A stretch of 63,586 nucleotides of DNA from NCBI GenBank assembly GCA_038246475.1, contig JBBRVX010000002.1, positions 1 through 63,586 on the forward strand. Direction: 5' to 3'. Of this stretch, positions 28,606-37,349 are shown piece after piece (positions within the stretch are counted from its first letter, which is position 1; each line of letters begins with the position of its first letter). The notes under the pieces are model-generated. The model was given only the letters and a program-made list of their open reading frames with translations. It was not told the origin of the DNA and made no database searches. The position numbers and the translations under genes are program-made. The stretch is from Thermomicrobiales bacterium (GTDB lineage: Bacteria > Chloroflexota > Chloroflexia > Thermomicrobiales > UBA6265).

Positions 28606-29537
28606 GTCTGGCCCGGCACTTTCACGCCCGCCGCCCGCAGTAGGAGCGACACCCCGAGGTAGAGCAGGATCAACGCAAAGATCAGCGCCAGCCGTTGCGC
28701 CTTGATCCTCCTGGTCAGGCGCGAGCCGATCTGGCCGCCCAGGAAGACCCCAACGATCGAGGGCACGATGAGGGTGGGGTCGAGCTTGCCATGGGCGTAG
28801 TAGACAAAGGCGGTGGCGACCGAGGTGATGCCGATCATGAATGATGAGGTGCCGACCGCCGCCTTGACCGGAACGCGCATCAGCAGATTCATGGCAGGCA
28901 CCATCACCACCCCGCCACCGACCCCCAGCATGCCGGAAATCACCCCTGCTCCGGCGCCGACGCCCATGCCCGCGGCCACCCGCGTCGGGATATAGCCGAC
29001 TTCCTTGCGGATCGCGGGGTCGTGAAACGCCGCGCCCAGCAGGAGCGGATCGGGGGCACCGGGAGGTGGGGTCGTCACCTGCAGTTCCCGCTTGGTGACC
29101 ATCGAGACGGCGGCATACACGAGTACCCCGCCAAAGACGACATAAATCACGCGGGGGTCGGCCAAAACCCCGTAGAGTGCGCCGGCGATTGCTCCCACGG
29201 CCATCGAGATCTGCAACAGCATGGCCAGCCGCGGGTTCGTGAACCGGCTGCGCAGATGGTTCGTCGATCCGACCACCGAGTTGGTGACGACGACGATGGC
29301 GCTCGCGCCCACCGCCAACTTGGGATCGATCCCGAAAAAGAGGGTCAGGATCGGAACCAGAAAGACCCCCCCACCCAGGCCCAGCATCGACCCCAGGATG
29401 GCGGCCCCCGCCGCCACGAGGCCGATCTCCAGCGAAAAGACGATATCCAACCCGGTCCTTCCCCAGACGCCTTCCGACTCCGCGCCAGTGCGACCCGCCT
29501 TATAGCACCGCCGCACGTACCCCGCCAGAGGTCGCAT
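28602..29537 (-). CDS. TauE/SafE family (sulfite/anion exporter-like) membrane protein
   Basis: Duplicated GLGGGVFLVPIL and MLGVGGGVVMVPAM motifs. Start uncertain (the tracked ORF extends to 29588). Confidence 0.8.
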   Translation of the reverse strand: MRPLAGYVRRCYKAGRTGAESEGVWGRTGLDIVFSLEIGLVAAGAAILGSMLGLGGGVFLVPILTLFFGIDPKLAVGASAIVVVTNSVVGSTNHLRSRFTNPRLAMLLQISMAVGAIAGALYGVLADPRVIYVVFGGVLVYAAVSMVTKRELQVTTPPPGAPDPLLLGAAFHDPAIRKEVGYIPTRVAAGMGVGAGAGVISGMLGVGGGVVMVPAMNLLMRVPVKAAVGTSSFMIGITSVATAFVYYAHGKLDPTLIVPSIVGVFLGGQIGSRLTRRIKAQRLALIFALILLYLGVSLLLRAAGVKVPGQT

Positions 29538-29629
29538 GCCGATGTGCCGAAACCGTCGGCTGGCATTCTCCTGCCACGGGCGCCACACTCAAGCCGGCGG
29601 GCCGATCGGCTCGCGTATCGAGAGCTCAA

Positions 29630-29790
29630 GAGCGTTATGCGGTGGGAGACTCCAGATGGCGAGATGCGCCGGACGGGGTCACGAGGAAAGCCGGTGTGAA
29701 TCCGGCGCTGTCCCGCAACTGTAACGCCGGCAGGCGCGTCTCGGCCGGCGAAGTCAGAACACTCACCTCACCGCGTCCAGCGCCCTTCGC
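29630..29790 (+). promoter_or_regulatory. Cobalamin (B12) riboswitch
   Basis: Core GAGGAAAGCCGGTGTGAATCCGGCGCTGTCCCGCAACTGTAAC (29683-29725) fits the conserved GGAA.CCGGTG.GAATCCGG.GCTG.CCCGC.ACTGTAA core. A GCCGGC...GCCGGC hairpin spans 29726-29749. The B12-box-like GAAGTCAGAACACTCACC lies at 29750-29767, 45 nt upstream of ATG 29813. Confidence 0.8.
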
Positions 29791-29812
29791 GTGAAAGGGA
29801 AAGGACACCACT

Positions 29813-30913
29813 ATGTCGCGCGCGTCGCGAGCGATTCGTCTCGCCACTGGCACTGTACGCTGCGGAGCAGCCGTCTCCTCGCTCATGCTTGTTTTGGTCT
29901 TCTGCCTGGCGATCCAGACGCCACCGGGGGTCGTCGCCCAGGCGGGAACCCCGCGGCCGGGGATTTCGGAGCGAGTCGCTGGAACGCCTCTGGACGCCGC
30001 CTCGGCCTGGCTCCGTTCCCAACAGGACGCTTCAGGAGGGTTCCCCGGCTTTTCTGGCGATCTTGACCCGGGTACGACCACCGATGCCGTGATGGCGTTG
30101 CATGCCGCCCAAGGTAGCGATCCCGAAGCCGGCGCGGCCCTCGACGCCGCGATGGCGTATCTGGAACGGGAGGGCGCTCCCTACGCGGCGACCGGCGCGG
30201 GGCAAGCCGCCAAACTGGCCCTGGCGGCGGTAGCGGGCGGGAGTGATCCCCGTGGTTTTGCTGGTATCGATCTGATCGCGGCCATGAAGGCGCCGCCGAC
30301 CGCGACGGTCGAGAATCCCATCGCCGGCATCTATGGCGACGATCTCTACGATCATGCCCTCGTCCTCCTCGCCTTCGCCGCCGCGGGCGAGCCGGTTGCC
30401 GATGCCGCCATCGTACCGTTGCGCGCGACCCAGGGGGACGATGGCGGTTGGGCGTTCGATGGCTCGACCGAGCCCGGCGCGGCCGACTCCAACACCACCG
30501 CGTTGGTGATCCAGGCTTTGGTGGCCAATGGCCACGGCGACGACGAGATGGTCTCGCGAGCCATCACAAGTCTGCCGTCGTTCCTCGCTCCAGATACTGG
30601 CGGATTTGCCTATGGACATGAGGAAGCGCTCGTCGCGGATGCCAACTCGACGGCGCTGGTGATGCAGGCGCTGATCGCCGCGGGAGAGAATCCGGCCTCC
30701 CCGGAGTGGGGCAACGCTTCGCTGGCTCTCGCCAGCTTCCAGACCGAGGGGGGCGGGCTCCGCTACATGGCGAGCGACGACGATCCGAACCTTTTGGCGA
30801 CGTTGCAGGCCATCCCGGCGCTGGCGGGGCTGCCTCTCCCGGTAGCGGTCGGTTGCGCCGCGGGTGAAGCTGCGGAGACCGATGGCTGCATTCCGCTTGA
30901 GCTCGCGGCATGA
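29813..30913 (+). CDS. Secreted alpha/alpha-toroid repeat protein (prenyltransferase/terpene-cyclase-like fold; candidate transcobalamin alpha-domain analog)
   Basis: Signal peptide (...SLMLVLVFCLAIQTPPGVVAQA). Six helical-hairpin repeats, four of which carry an xGG(F/W/L) turn: DASGGFPG...TTTDAVMALHAAQG; GDDGGWAF...NTTALVIQALVANG; PDTGGFAY...NSTALVMQALIAAG; TEGGGLRY...LLATLQAIPALAG. Confidence 0.75.
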   Translation: MSRASRAIRLATGTVRCGAAVSSLMLVLVFCLAIQTPPGVVAQAGTPRPGISERVAGTPLDAASAWLRSQQDASGGFPGFSGDLDPGTTTDAVMALHAAQGSDPEAGAALDAAMAYLEREGAPYAATGAGQAAKLALAAVAGGSDPRGFAGIDLIAAMKAPPTATVENPIAGIYGDDLYDHALVLLAFAAAGEPVADAAIVPLRATQGDDGGWAFDGSTEPGAADSNTTALVIQALVANGHGDDEMVSRAITSLPSFLAPDTGGFAYGHEEALVADANSTALVMQALIAAGENPASPEWGNASLALASFQTEGGGLRYMASDDDPNLLATLQAIPALAGLPLPVAVGCAAGEAAETDGCIPLELAA

Positions 30914-30959
30914 ACGAGGCGCACGGAATTCGGGATGATCTCGCGTCTGGGCGACGAGG

Positions 30960-31646
30960 ATGATCTGGGATGCCGTTCGCCTCTGGCTCCTCCTTTCGCT
31001 GGCAGTCCTGCTGGCTGCCCTCCTCCTGCACCCAGCGCCGACCCTGGCGGACGGCGAGCTTCATCACGCGGGGCTGATCGTGCGCGACGGCGAAGGTCGG
31101 ATCACCTATGCCTGGGTGCCGTTTCCGGAAGAGGAGATCGACGGCGTCCAGCTTCTGGAGCGTAGCGGCATTCCGGTGGTCACCGTCAACTTTGGCGCTC
31201 TCGGCGAAGGTGTTTGCTCTATCGCCGGGCAAGGCTGCGGGGTCACCGAATGCCGTCGCAACGTTTGTCAGGCCTCCGCCGCCGATGCGCCGTACTGGCA
31301 GTATTTCCAGCAAAACGACGACGATCCTGGAATCTGGACCTGGCAGGTGCTCGGCCCCAGCGCCGCGAAGGTCGAGGATGGCGAGGTCTTCGGCTGGAGC
31401 TGGACGGCGGATGAACCGGCCCTGCCCGGCATTGGGGCCGTGGAGATCGCGCGGTTGGCCGGCGCCGGCGACGGAACCGGGAGCGATCCCGCGGTGCGGA
31501 CCCTGTTGCCGGAAGGGGTTGCGGCGGTCAGCATGGCGCGGCCACCCGATGGCCATACGACCACAATCGCGGCGGGCATCCTCGTGCTGATTGCGGGCGT
31601 CTCCTTCACGCTTGTCGGCCGGCTCCGCGCCGCGGCGGCCGCATGA
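30960..31646 (+). CDS. Signal-peptide protein with a DUF4430-like domain and a C-terminal TM anchor
   Basis: MIWDAVRLWLLLSLAVLLAALLLHPAPTLA signal. Core ...VNFGALGEGVCSIAGQGCG...APYWQYFQQ...WTWQVLGPSAAKVEDGEVFGWSW. C-terminal TTTIAAGILVLIAGVSFTLVGRLR anchor. Confidence 0.7.
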   Translation: MIWDAVRLWLLLSLAVLLAALLLHPAPTLADGELHHAGLIVRDGEGRITYAWVPFPEEEIDGVQLLERSGIPVVTVNFGALGEGVCSIAGQGCGVTECRRNVCQASAADAPYWQYFQQNDDDPGIWTWQVLGPSAAKVEDGEVFGWSWTADEPALPGIGAVEIARLAGAGDGTGSDPAVRTLLPEGVAAVSMARPPDGHTTTIAAGILVLIAGVSFTLVGRLRAAAAA

Positions 31647-32683
31647 TGGCCGCGCGCGTCCGTCCGCTCGATCCCCGGGCCTGGATGATCTGGGCTGCAG
31701 CAGCCAGCGTGCCTCCCTTGGTGGGGCGAAATCCCTGGCCGCTGGCGGCCACCCTCCTGGCGGTGCTGGGGGTCTGGGGCGTTTGGGGCGCTGGCGCCCC
31801 GGGGGTGAGATGGCGGCCGCTGCTCCGGCTGGCGATCGTCTTTGGCGTGGTGAGCGTGCTGTTCAACCTGCTTACATCGCACACGGGCGACATTGTCCTT
31901 GGCGGGCTCCCCGCGCATTGGCCGATCGTCGGGGGACCGTTGACCCTCAACGCGCTGATCTATGGACTGCTGGGAGCGGTCGCCATTCTCTCGCTCGTCG
32001 GCGTCAGCGCAACGCTCGGCGCAACGCTCGACTGGAGTCTGGCCATCCGCCTCCTGCCAGAGCGGATGGCGCCGCTGGCCGTGGCCGGCTCGGTGGCCTG
32101 GTCATACCTGCCACGCACCACCACCGCGCTGGCCGAAATTCGCGAAGCCCAGATGGCGAGAGGCTACCGCCCGCGCGGCCTGCGCGATGCGGCGCCGCTG
32201 CTGATGCCGTTGCTGGCGGGGGGGCTGGAGCGATCGCTGATGACGGCCGAGGCGCTGGAAGCGCGGGCCTTTGGCGCGCCGCTCTCACCGGAGAGCGCGG
32301 CACGGCCATGGCAGATCGCCTCGCTGCTGTGCGGGTCGGTGGCCGGGCTGACCGGCGCCTTCTGTCTCGCGCTGGGGTTGGTGGCCGCGGCCGGAGCGCT
32401 CTGCGGGGTGGCCGCGTTGGCGGTCGCCGCCGGGCTCATCAGCCCGCGCCGGCCAGGAGCGATCCTGCGCCGCACCCGCTACCGGGAGCCGATCTGGGAG
32501 CGCCCGGAATGGATCGTCAGCGCTGTTTCTGGCGGCGTCCTCCTGGTCCAGATCGCGATCCTCATGCTCGATCCCGCCGCATTCCGCTATGAGCCCTATC
32601 CCGTGCTGGGGGCGCCCGCGATCAACCTGCCGCTGCTCGTGGCGCTCGGATTTCTCGTTGTTCCGGCGGCGGTGCGGCCATGA
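31643..32683 (+). CDS. ecfT: ECF transporter transmembrane (T) component, with an unusual C-terminal extension
   Basis: Coupling-helix motifs IREAQMARGYRPRG and TAEALEARAFGAP. 346 aa, with about 90 extra residues (about 4 hydrophobic helices) after the second motif. ATGA overlap with the previous gene. Confidence 0.82.
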   Translation: MMAARVRPLDPRAWMIWAAAASVPPLVGRNPWPLAATLLAVLGVWGVWGAGAPGVRWRPLLRLAIVFGVVSVLFNLLTSHTGDIVLGGLPAHWPIVGGPLTLNALIYGLLGAVAILSLVGVSATLGATLDWSLAIRLLPERMAPLAVAGSVAWSYLPRTTTALAEIREAQMARGYRPRGLRDAAPLLMPLLAGGLERSLMTAEALEARAFGAPLSPESAARPWQIASLLCGSVAGLTGAFCLALGLVAAAGALCGVAALAVAAGLISPRRPGAILRRTRYREPIWERPEWIVSAVSGGVLLVQIAILMLDPAAFRYEPYPVLGAPAINLPLLVALGFLVVPAAVRP

Positions 32684-34404
32684 TTGACGAGGCGTCTGTT
32701 CAGCACGAGCGAGCGCGTCTCACATCGTCACTCGCGTCGAGCGAATCGGCCATCGCGACCGTTGCCGGCCTGACCTACTCCTACCCCGACGCTGGCGTGC
32801 CCGCTTTGCACGATCTCACCTGGTCGGTGTCCGCCGGCGAGTTCGTGACCGTTACGGGCCCATCGGGGAGCGGAAAATCGACGCTCTTGCGTTGCCTCAA
32901 CGGACTGACGCCCCATTTCAGCGGCGGGACGTTCGATGGCGTCGTCACCGTCGCGGGGCACGACACGCGGCACTACAGCCCGCGGGCGCTTGCGCGCCTG
33001 ACCGGATTCGTCTTTCAGGACCCCGAGGCCCAATTCGTCACCTCGCGGGTCGATGATGAGCTGGCCTTCGGCATGGAACAGCTCGGTGTGCCGCCGCTGA
33101 CCATGCGCAAGCGGGTCGAAGAGGTGCTCGATCTGCTCGGCATCGCGGCGCTGCGCGATCGCGAAATTGCCACCCTTTCGGGCGGCGAGCGGCAGCGCGT
33201 GGCCGTGGCGGCGGCACTGGCGCTGCAACCTGCAATCCTGGCGCTCGACGAGCCAACCAGCCAGCTTGATCCCTGGGGCGCCGAGGAAGTCCTGGCCGCC
33301 TTGACCCGGCTGAATGAAGATTTGGGCCTGACCGTGGTGCTCGCCGAGCATCGCCTGGAGCGAGTGGTCAGCCATACCGACCGGCTCACGCTGCTCGCGC
33401 GCGGCGGCACGATCGCGCTCGATGGCCCGCCGCGGGAGGTGCTGCAGCAGATGGATGCCGGAGATTTGCCGGCGCTGCTGGCGCTCGGCCGCCGTCTCGA
33501 TTGGCGTCCGCTGCCCCTCTCGATCAAGGAAGGACGCGCGGAGCAACGGCGCGACGCGGCGCGCGGGCGCGTCCCCAGGCCCGCTCCACCGGACCCCACT
33601 TCGCCAGGCGGGACGCCAGTCGCGCGCCTGCAGCGAGTGAGCGCAGGCTGGGAGCGCCGCGCCGTGTTGCGCGAGATTGATCTCGAGGTGCGGCCGGGCG
33701 AGCTGCTGGCGCTCATGGGGCGGAACGGCTCGGGCAAGACCACGCTCTTGCGGCTCGTGGCCGGGCTGCACCGGCCAACGTCGGGGCAGGTGCTGCTGGA
33801 AGGCCAGGACACGGCGCAGATGCACCCCGCGGATATTGCCCAGACGGTGGGCTATCTGCCGCAGAATCCCTCATCGCTCTTCTTTGCCGAAACGCTCGGC
33901 GCGGAGTTGGCCTTCACGCGCAAGCACCAGAAGCGCGGCACGAACGATCCGCTCGAAACCCTCGCTCAGGTTGGGCTCGCGCACGCGATCGAGCGCAACC
34001 CTCGCGATCTCAGCGGCGGCGAACGAGAGCGCGCCGCGCTGGCCGCAGTGCTGGTTGGCGCGCCGCGGGTTCTCCTCCTCGATGAGCCGACGCGGGGCAT
34101 GGACGCCGCCCGCAAACGGGAGCTGGCGGCGATTCTGGAGCGTCTGCGCCGGGACGGCGCAGCGATCCTGCTCGCGACCCATGATGTCGAGCTCGTTGCC
34201 GAGACGGCAACCAGGGTCGTGCTGCTTGGCGACGGCCGCATCGTGGCCGACGGCGGGCCGCGGGCGGTCCTTTCCGGCTCCCTTACCTTCGCCACGGCGA
34301 TCAACAAGCTCTACGGCGGCGGTTTTCTCACGCCAGGCGATGTGCTCGCCGGGATGGGAATCGTGCAGGAGAGGATTGTGGAATTAGTCGGCTCGAACGG
34401 GTGA
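32680..34404 (+). CDS. Fused duplicated ECF/CbiO-type ATPase (EcfA-EcfA')
   Basis: Two complete NBDs: GPSGSGKST / LSGGERQRV / LALDEPTSQLD and GRNGSGKTT / LSGGERERA / LLLDEPTRGMD. ATGA overlap with the T component. Confidence 0.9.
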   Translation: MIDEASVQHERARLTSSLASSESAIATVAGLTYSYPDAGVPALHDLTWSVSAGEFVTVTGPSGSGKSTLLRCLNGLTPHFSGGTFDGVVTVAGHDTRHYSPRALARLTGFVFQDPEAQFVTSRVDDELAFGMEQLGVPPLTMRKRVEEVLDLLGIAALRDREIATLSGGERQRVAVAAALALQPAILALDEPTSQLDPWGAEEVLAALTRLNEDLGLTVVLAEHRLERVVSHTDRLTLLARGGTIALDGPPREVLQQMDAGDLPALLALGRRLDWRPLPLSIKEGRAEQRRDAARGRVPRPAPPDPTSPGGTPVARLQRVSAGWERRAVLREIDLEVRPGELLALMGRNGSGKTTLLRLVAGLHRPTSGQVLLEGQDTAQMHPADIAQTVGYLPQNPSSLFFAETLGAELAFTRKHQKRGTNDPLETLAQVGLAHAIERNPRDLSGGERERAALAAVLVGAPRVLLLDEPTRGMDAARKRELAAILERLRRDGAAILLATHDVELVAETATRVVLLGDGRIVADGGPRAVLSGSLTFATAINKLYGGGFLTPGDVLAGMGIVQERIVELVGSNG

Positions 34405-34415
34405 CAGGAATCGGT

Positions 34416-35135
34416 TCAAAGCATTGGTCCGCCTGGCCGGCGGGAGAGTTCCGCAAGATGTTCCCAATCATGTTCGAGCAGACGGCGCAAGGCCTGCCGC
34501 AGTGTCTTCGGACCGGACGGAAGCTGGCGCACGGCGGCGCGTTGTTCAGGAGTGGCTGCCTCAATGATGGTCACGAACCTGGCCGTGCTCACCTCGAACG
34601 CTGCTTGCACGGGGAGTTCCTCACGTTCATACGCGCTGGCGATACGACCTACGCCAGGGGCGCCGCCAAGTGCGGATGCCAGGAAAGCGCCTCGTGCCGC
34701 CAGGACGTGGCGGAGCATTTCCCGCGCTGGGCGCCCACCGGCGGCCGGCGTTTCGGCGAGCTGCTCCTCCGTTCTGGCGGCGGCCCAGGCGCCAAGCTCG
34801 CGGCTCGTTCCGCCAATGCGACGAAGATACAGTTCGACATCCTCGGAGGTCAGCGGCGCCCAGTCGGGGCCGAAAAGGATGTACGGCGAGCCATTCCCCA
34901 GGAACTCGCCCTCGGTAATGTGCTCCGCAATCCGCGTCTCGATCGGCGAGTCTGGATCGAAGGGCTCTCCCTGCCGGATCAAGAAACGCTGGAATGCGCG
35001 AATGGCGTCCGGGGTCGCTGCCAATGCCTCCGCCGTCGTTGCGCCGACCGCAATGCATCCGGCCAGGTCGAGGACATGCACCATCGTCTTGCGCTGGCGT
35101 GGACCGGACTCGAGATACAGATCGAATATCGGCAT
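34416..35135 (-). CDS. DinB-family protein with a small N-terminal HicB-like domain
   Basis: Start at ATG 35135 (MPIFDLYLESGPRQRKTMVHVLDLAGC...). C-terminal four-helix region ends LRRLLEHDWEHLAEL. Confidence 0.7.
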   Translation of the reverse strand: MPIFDLYLESGPRQRKTMVHVLDLAGCIAVGATTAEALAATPDAIRAFQRFLIRQGEPFDPDSPIETRIAEHITEGEFLGNGSPYILFGPDWAPLTSEDVELYLRRIGGTSRELGAWAAARTEEQLAETPAAGGRPAREMLRHVLAARGAFLASALGGAPGVGRIASAYEREELPVQAAFEVSTARFVTIIEAATPEQRAAVRQLPSGPKTLRQALRRLLEHDWEHLAELSRRPGGPML

Positions 35136-35277
35136 CTGCGCATTCCCTGTCGTCCTGCGTCTACGTTGCGCGGGCCTGTAAGAGGATACTCGGCAAGCGC
35201 CCGCCGATCGCGTCACAAGGGTGAGGAGAAACGGTCATGCGAGCCAGTTCGCTTTGGATTACGTGGAGGCGCCCAGG

Positions 35278-36159
35278 ATGAACACTGAATTGCAAATCGT
35301 GCCAGTACGGGCGTTAGGAACAAATCTCCGCCGAGTGATCCCCATGATGATGGCACTGGCGCTGTTGCTGGGGAGCGTTGGAACGACGGTCGCGGCCGAT
35401 TGGGTGCTCCCCACCGCGAACGTCAGGTTCGATTACCAGATCGGCGGCGACTACCCGTTGCCCGCTGGCGTGGGGGTGGTCTCGCGCGACTGGTTCAGTG
35501 GCGAGGCGCCAACAAGCGCCTACGGCATCTGTTACGTGAATGCCTATCAAACCCAGGCAGACGAGCCGGGTGTCGACCGCCCGGATGAGAAATCAAACTG
35601 GCCGCCAAACCTCGTTCTGACCGCGTTGGGAGACGACCCGAACTGGGGCGGCGAGTATCTCATCGACATCTCGACGCCGGAAAAGCGCACTGCCGCCGCG
35701 AATTGGGTGCGGCCGATGCTGGAAACATGCGCCGAGAAGGGGTTCGAGGGCGTCGAGTTCGACAACCTCGACTCCTGGACCCGGTTCCAGGGCACGCCTG
35801 TGGCTGGGCAAGTGCCCTTTGGGCGCGCAGAAGCGGTGGCCTACGCCGCCCTCCTCGTCGCCGACGCTCACGCGCTGGGGATGGCCGCCGCGCAAAAGAA
35901 CACCGTCGAGCTGAGCACAACCGAAGCGCGCACCCAGGCGGGGTTTGATTTCGCCATCGCCGAAGAGTGCGGCCGCTATAAGGAATGCGGTCGCTACCGG
36001 GCTCTCTATGGAAATCTGGTCTTCGTGATCGAGTACCGCAAGAAAGATTTCAAGAAAGACTGCGACAACAAGAAGCTGCGCCGGAAACTCTCTATCACGT
36101 TGCGCGACCGCAACGTGACCACGCCGGGATCGGGTTCCTACGTGTATCGCTCGTGTTGA
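35278..36159 (+). CDS. Secreted glycoside hydrolase, GH114-like (endo-alpha-1,4-polygalactosaminidase family)
   Basis: ATG 35278 lies 9 nt after GGAGG. Signal peptide (VIPMMMALALLLGSVGTTVAADW). Motifs FDYQIGGDYP, GICYVNAYQTQ, GVEFDNLDSW and FAIAEECGRY. Confidence 0.7.
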   Translation: MNTELQIVPVRALGTNLRRVIPMMMALALLLGSVGTTVAADWVLPTANVRFDYQIGGDYPLPAGVGVVSRDWFSGEAPTSAYGICYVNAYQTQADEPGVDRPDEKSNWPPNLVLTALGDDPNWGGEYLIDISTPEKRTAAANWVRPMLETCAEKGFEGVEFDNLDSWTRFQGTPVAGQVPFGRAEAVAYAALLVADAHALGMAAAQKNTVELSTTEARTQAGFDFAIAEECGRYKECGRYRALYGNLVFVIEYRKKDFKKDCDNKKLRRKLSITLRDRNVTTPGSGSYVYRSC

Positions 36160-36166
36160 CCCGTCC

Positions 36167-37123
36167 TCAATATCCGCGTTGCTTATCCACAACGTTGAGC
36201 AGCGTCTCTCCCTGCGCGTAACGCCGCAGATTCTCTCGCAGAATCTCCACGCAGCGCTGTTCCTTCTCGCTGGAATCGCCGGCCGTGTGCGGGGTGATGA
36301 CCAGGTTTGGCACATCCCAGAGAGGGCTTTCCGGCGAGAGCGGCTCGACCTCGGCGACGTCGATGCCCGCGCCGGCAATCTTTCCATGCCGCAGGACGTC
36401 GGCCAGCGCGGTTTCGTCGACGATGCCGCCTCGCGAAACGACGATCAGGTAAGCGTCCGGCTTCATGTGAGCCAGCGCCGCCGCGTCGAGCAGGTGAAAG
36501 GACTCATCGGTCAGCGGCGCCGAGACCACTATCACATCCGACTGAGCAAGGAGGTCGGGGAGGCGATCCATGCCCCACACCTCGGTCACAAAAGGCGCCC
36601 CGGGCTCGGGATGGGGATCGACTGCGATGACGTCCATGTCGAACCCGCGCGCCCGCTGCGCCACCGCCCTGCCGATGGCGCCATAGCCGATGATGCCCAT
36701 CGTGCGGCCCCAGATTTCGTGACTGGTGAAGTAGATGTCGGACCAGGCCCAGCGCCGCTCTCCCTGCGCTTGAAGCGCTTTCGGCATGTGCCGCGTCAGG
36801 GCGAAGAGGAGCGCGAAGGTATGCTCGCCAATGGAAGGGCCGTGCGCGCCGCGCGTGTTGGTCAGGACAATGTCGTTATCGACCAGCTCCTTCACGTGTT
36901 GGAGAAAGTTCACTCCCGCGCTCGGAGCTTGAATCCAGCGGAGGGCTTTGCCCTCGCGCAGGATGTCGGCATTGGGAAAGCCATAGAAGACCTCCGCGTC
37001 GGGAATCTCGGCGGCCAGCTCTTCCGGCGTGGTGACTTTGACCAGCTCGATCCCTGGTACGTCCAGATCATCGAGCAAGCCGAAGTGCTTGAATCCTTCC
37101 GTCTTTGTCAGTACGACCTTCAT
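36167..37123 (-). CDS. D-isomer-specific 2-hydroxyacid dehydrogenase family protein
   Basis: Rossmann GIIGYGAIGRAVAQRA, and catalytic-region motifs ...SRGGIVDE... and ITPHTAG. Confidence 0.9.
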   Translation of the reverse strand: MKVVLTKTEGFKHFGLLDDLDVPGIELVKVTTPEELAAEIPDAEVFYGFPNADILREGKALRWIQAPSAGVNFLQHVKELVDNDIVLTNTRGAHGPSIGEHTFALLFALTRHMPKALQAQGERRWAWSDIYFTSHEIWGRTMGIIGYGAIGRAVAQRARGFDMDVIAVDPHPEPGAPFVTEVWGMDRLPDLLAQSDVIVVSAPLTDESFHLLDAAALAHMKPDAYLIVVSRGGIVDETALADVLRHGKIAGAGIDVAEVEPLSPESPLWDVPNLVITPHTAGDSSEKEQRCVEILRENLRRYAQGETLLNVVDKQRGY

Positions 37124-37349
37124 CGTGTGATTGATTCTCCTTCGATGACCTATCGGCCTGGTTCCCGGACAGATCGAGCCCGGAAACGATCTTCAGGGAG
37201 CGTACCGCGATCTCGCGCGCGCGTCGCCCCTGTCGTCACCAGGGCTGAACGGATCGATCGCGAACGACGCGCCGCCAAAGCGCTGCTGCGGCGGCAACGG
37301 GCCGTCAGGCAACGGCCGGTCCCCCCGGCAATCAGTGTGACGGGATGCC

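Noticed and set aside
30564-31556. 330-aa minus-strand ORF
   Set aside because: Antisense to the toroid-repeat and DUF4430-like genes. The sequence is low-complexity and R/P/G-rich.
31591-32592. 333-aa plus-strand ORF in an alternative frame of the EcfT gene
   Set aside because: Arg/Gly/Ala/Pro-rich with no TM helices. The overlapping frame 31643..32683 has EcfT motifs and start/stop coupling with both neighbours.
32728-33825. 365-aa minus-strand ORF (and 33015..33812, 265 aa)
   Set aside because: Antisense or alternate frame of the duplicated ECF ATPase, whose two full Walker A / signature / Walker B sets validate the plus-strand frame.
34401-35288. 295-aa plus-strand ORF starting right after the ECF ATPase
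   Set aside because: Antisense to the DinB-family gene. It would look like a fifth operon member, but the translation is R/G/C-rich with no domain, and the minus-strand frame has the DinB HDWEH C-terminus and an SD-ATG start.
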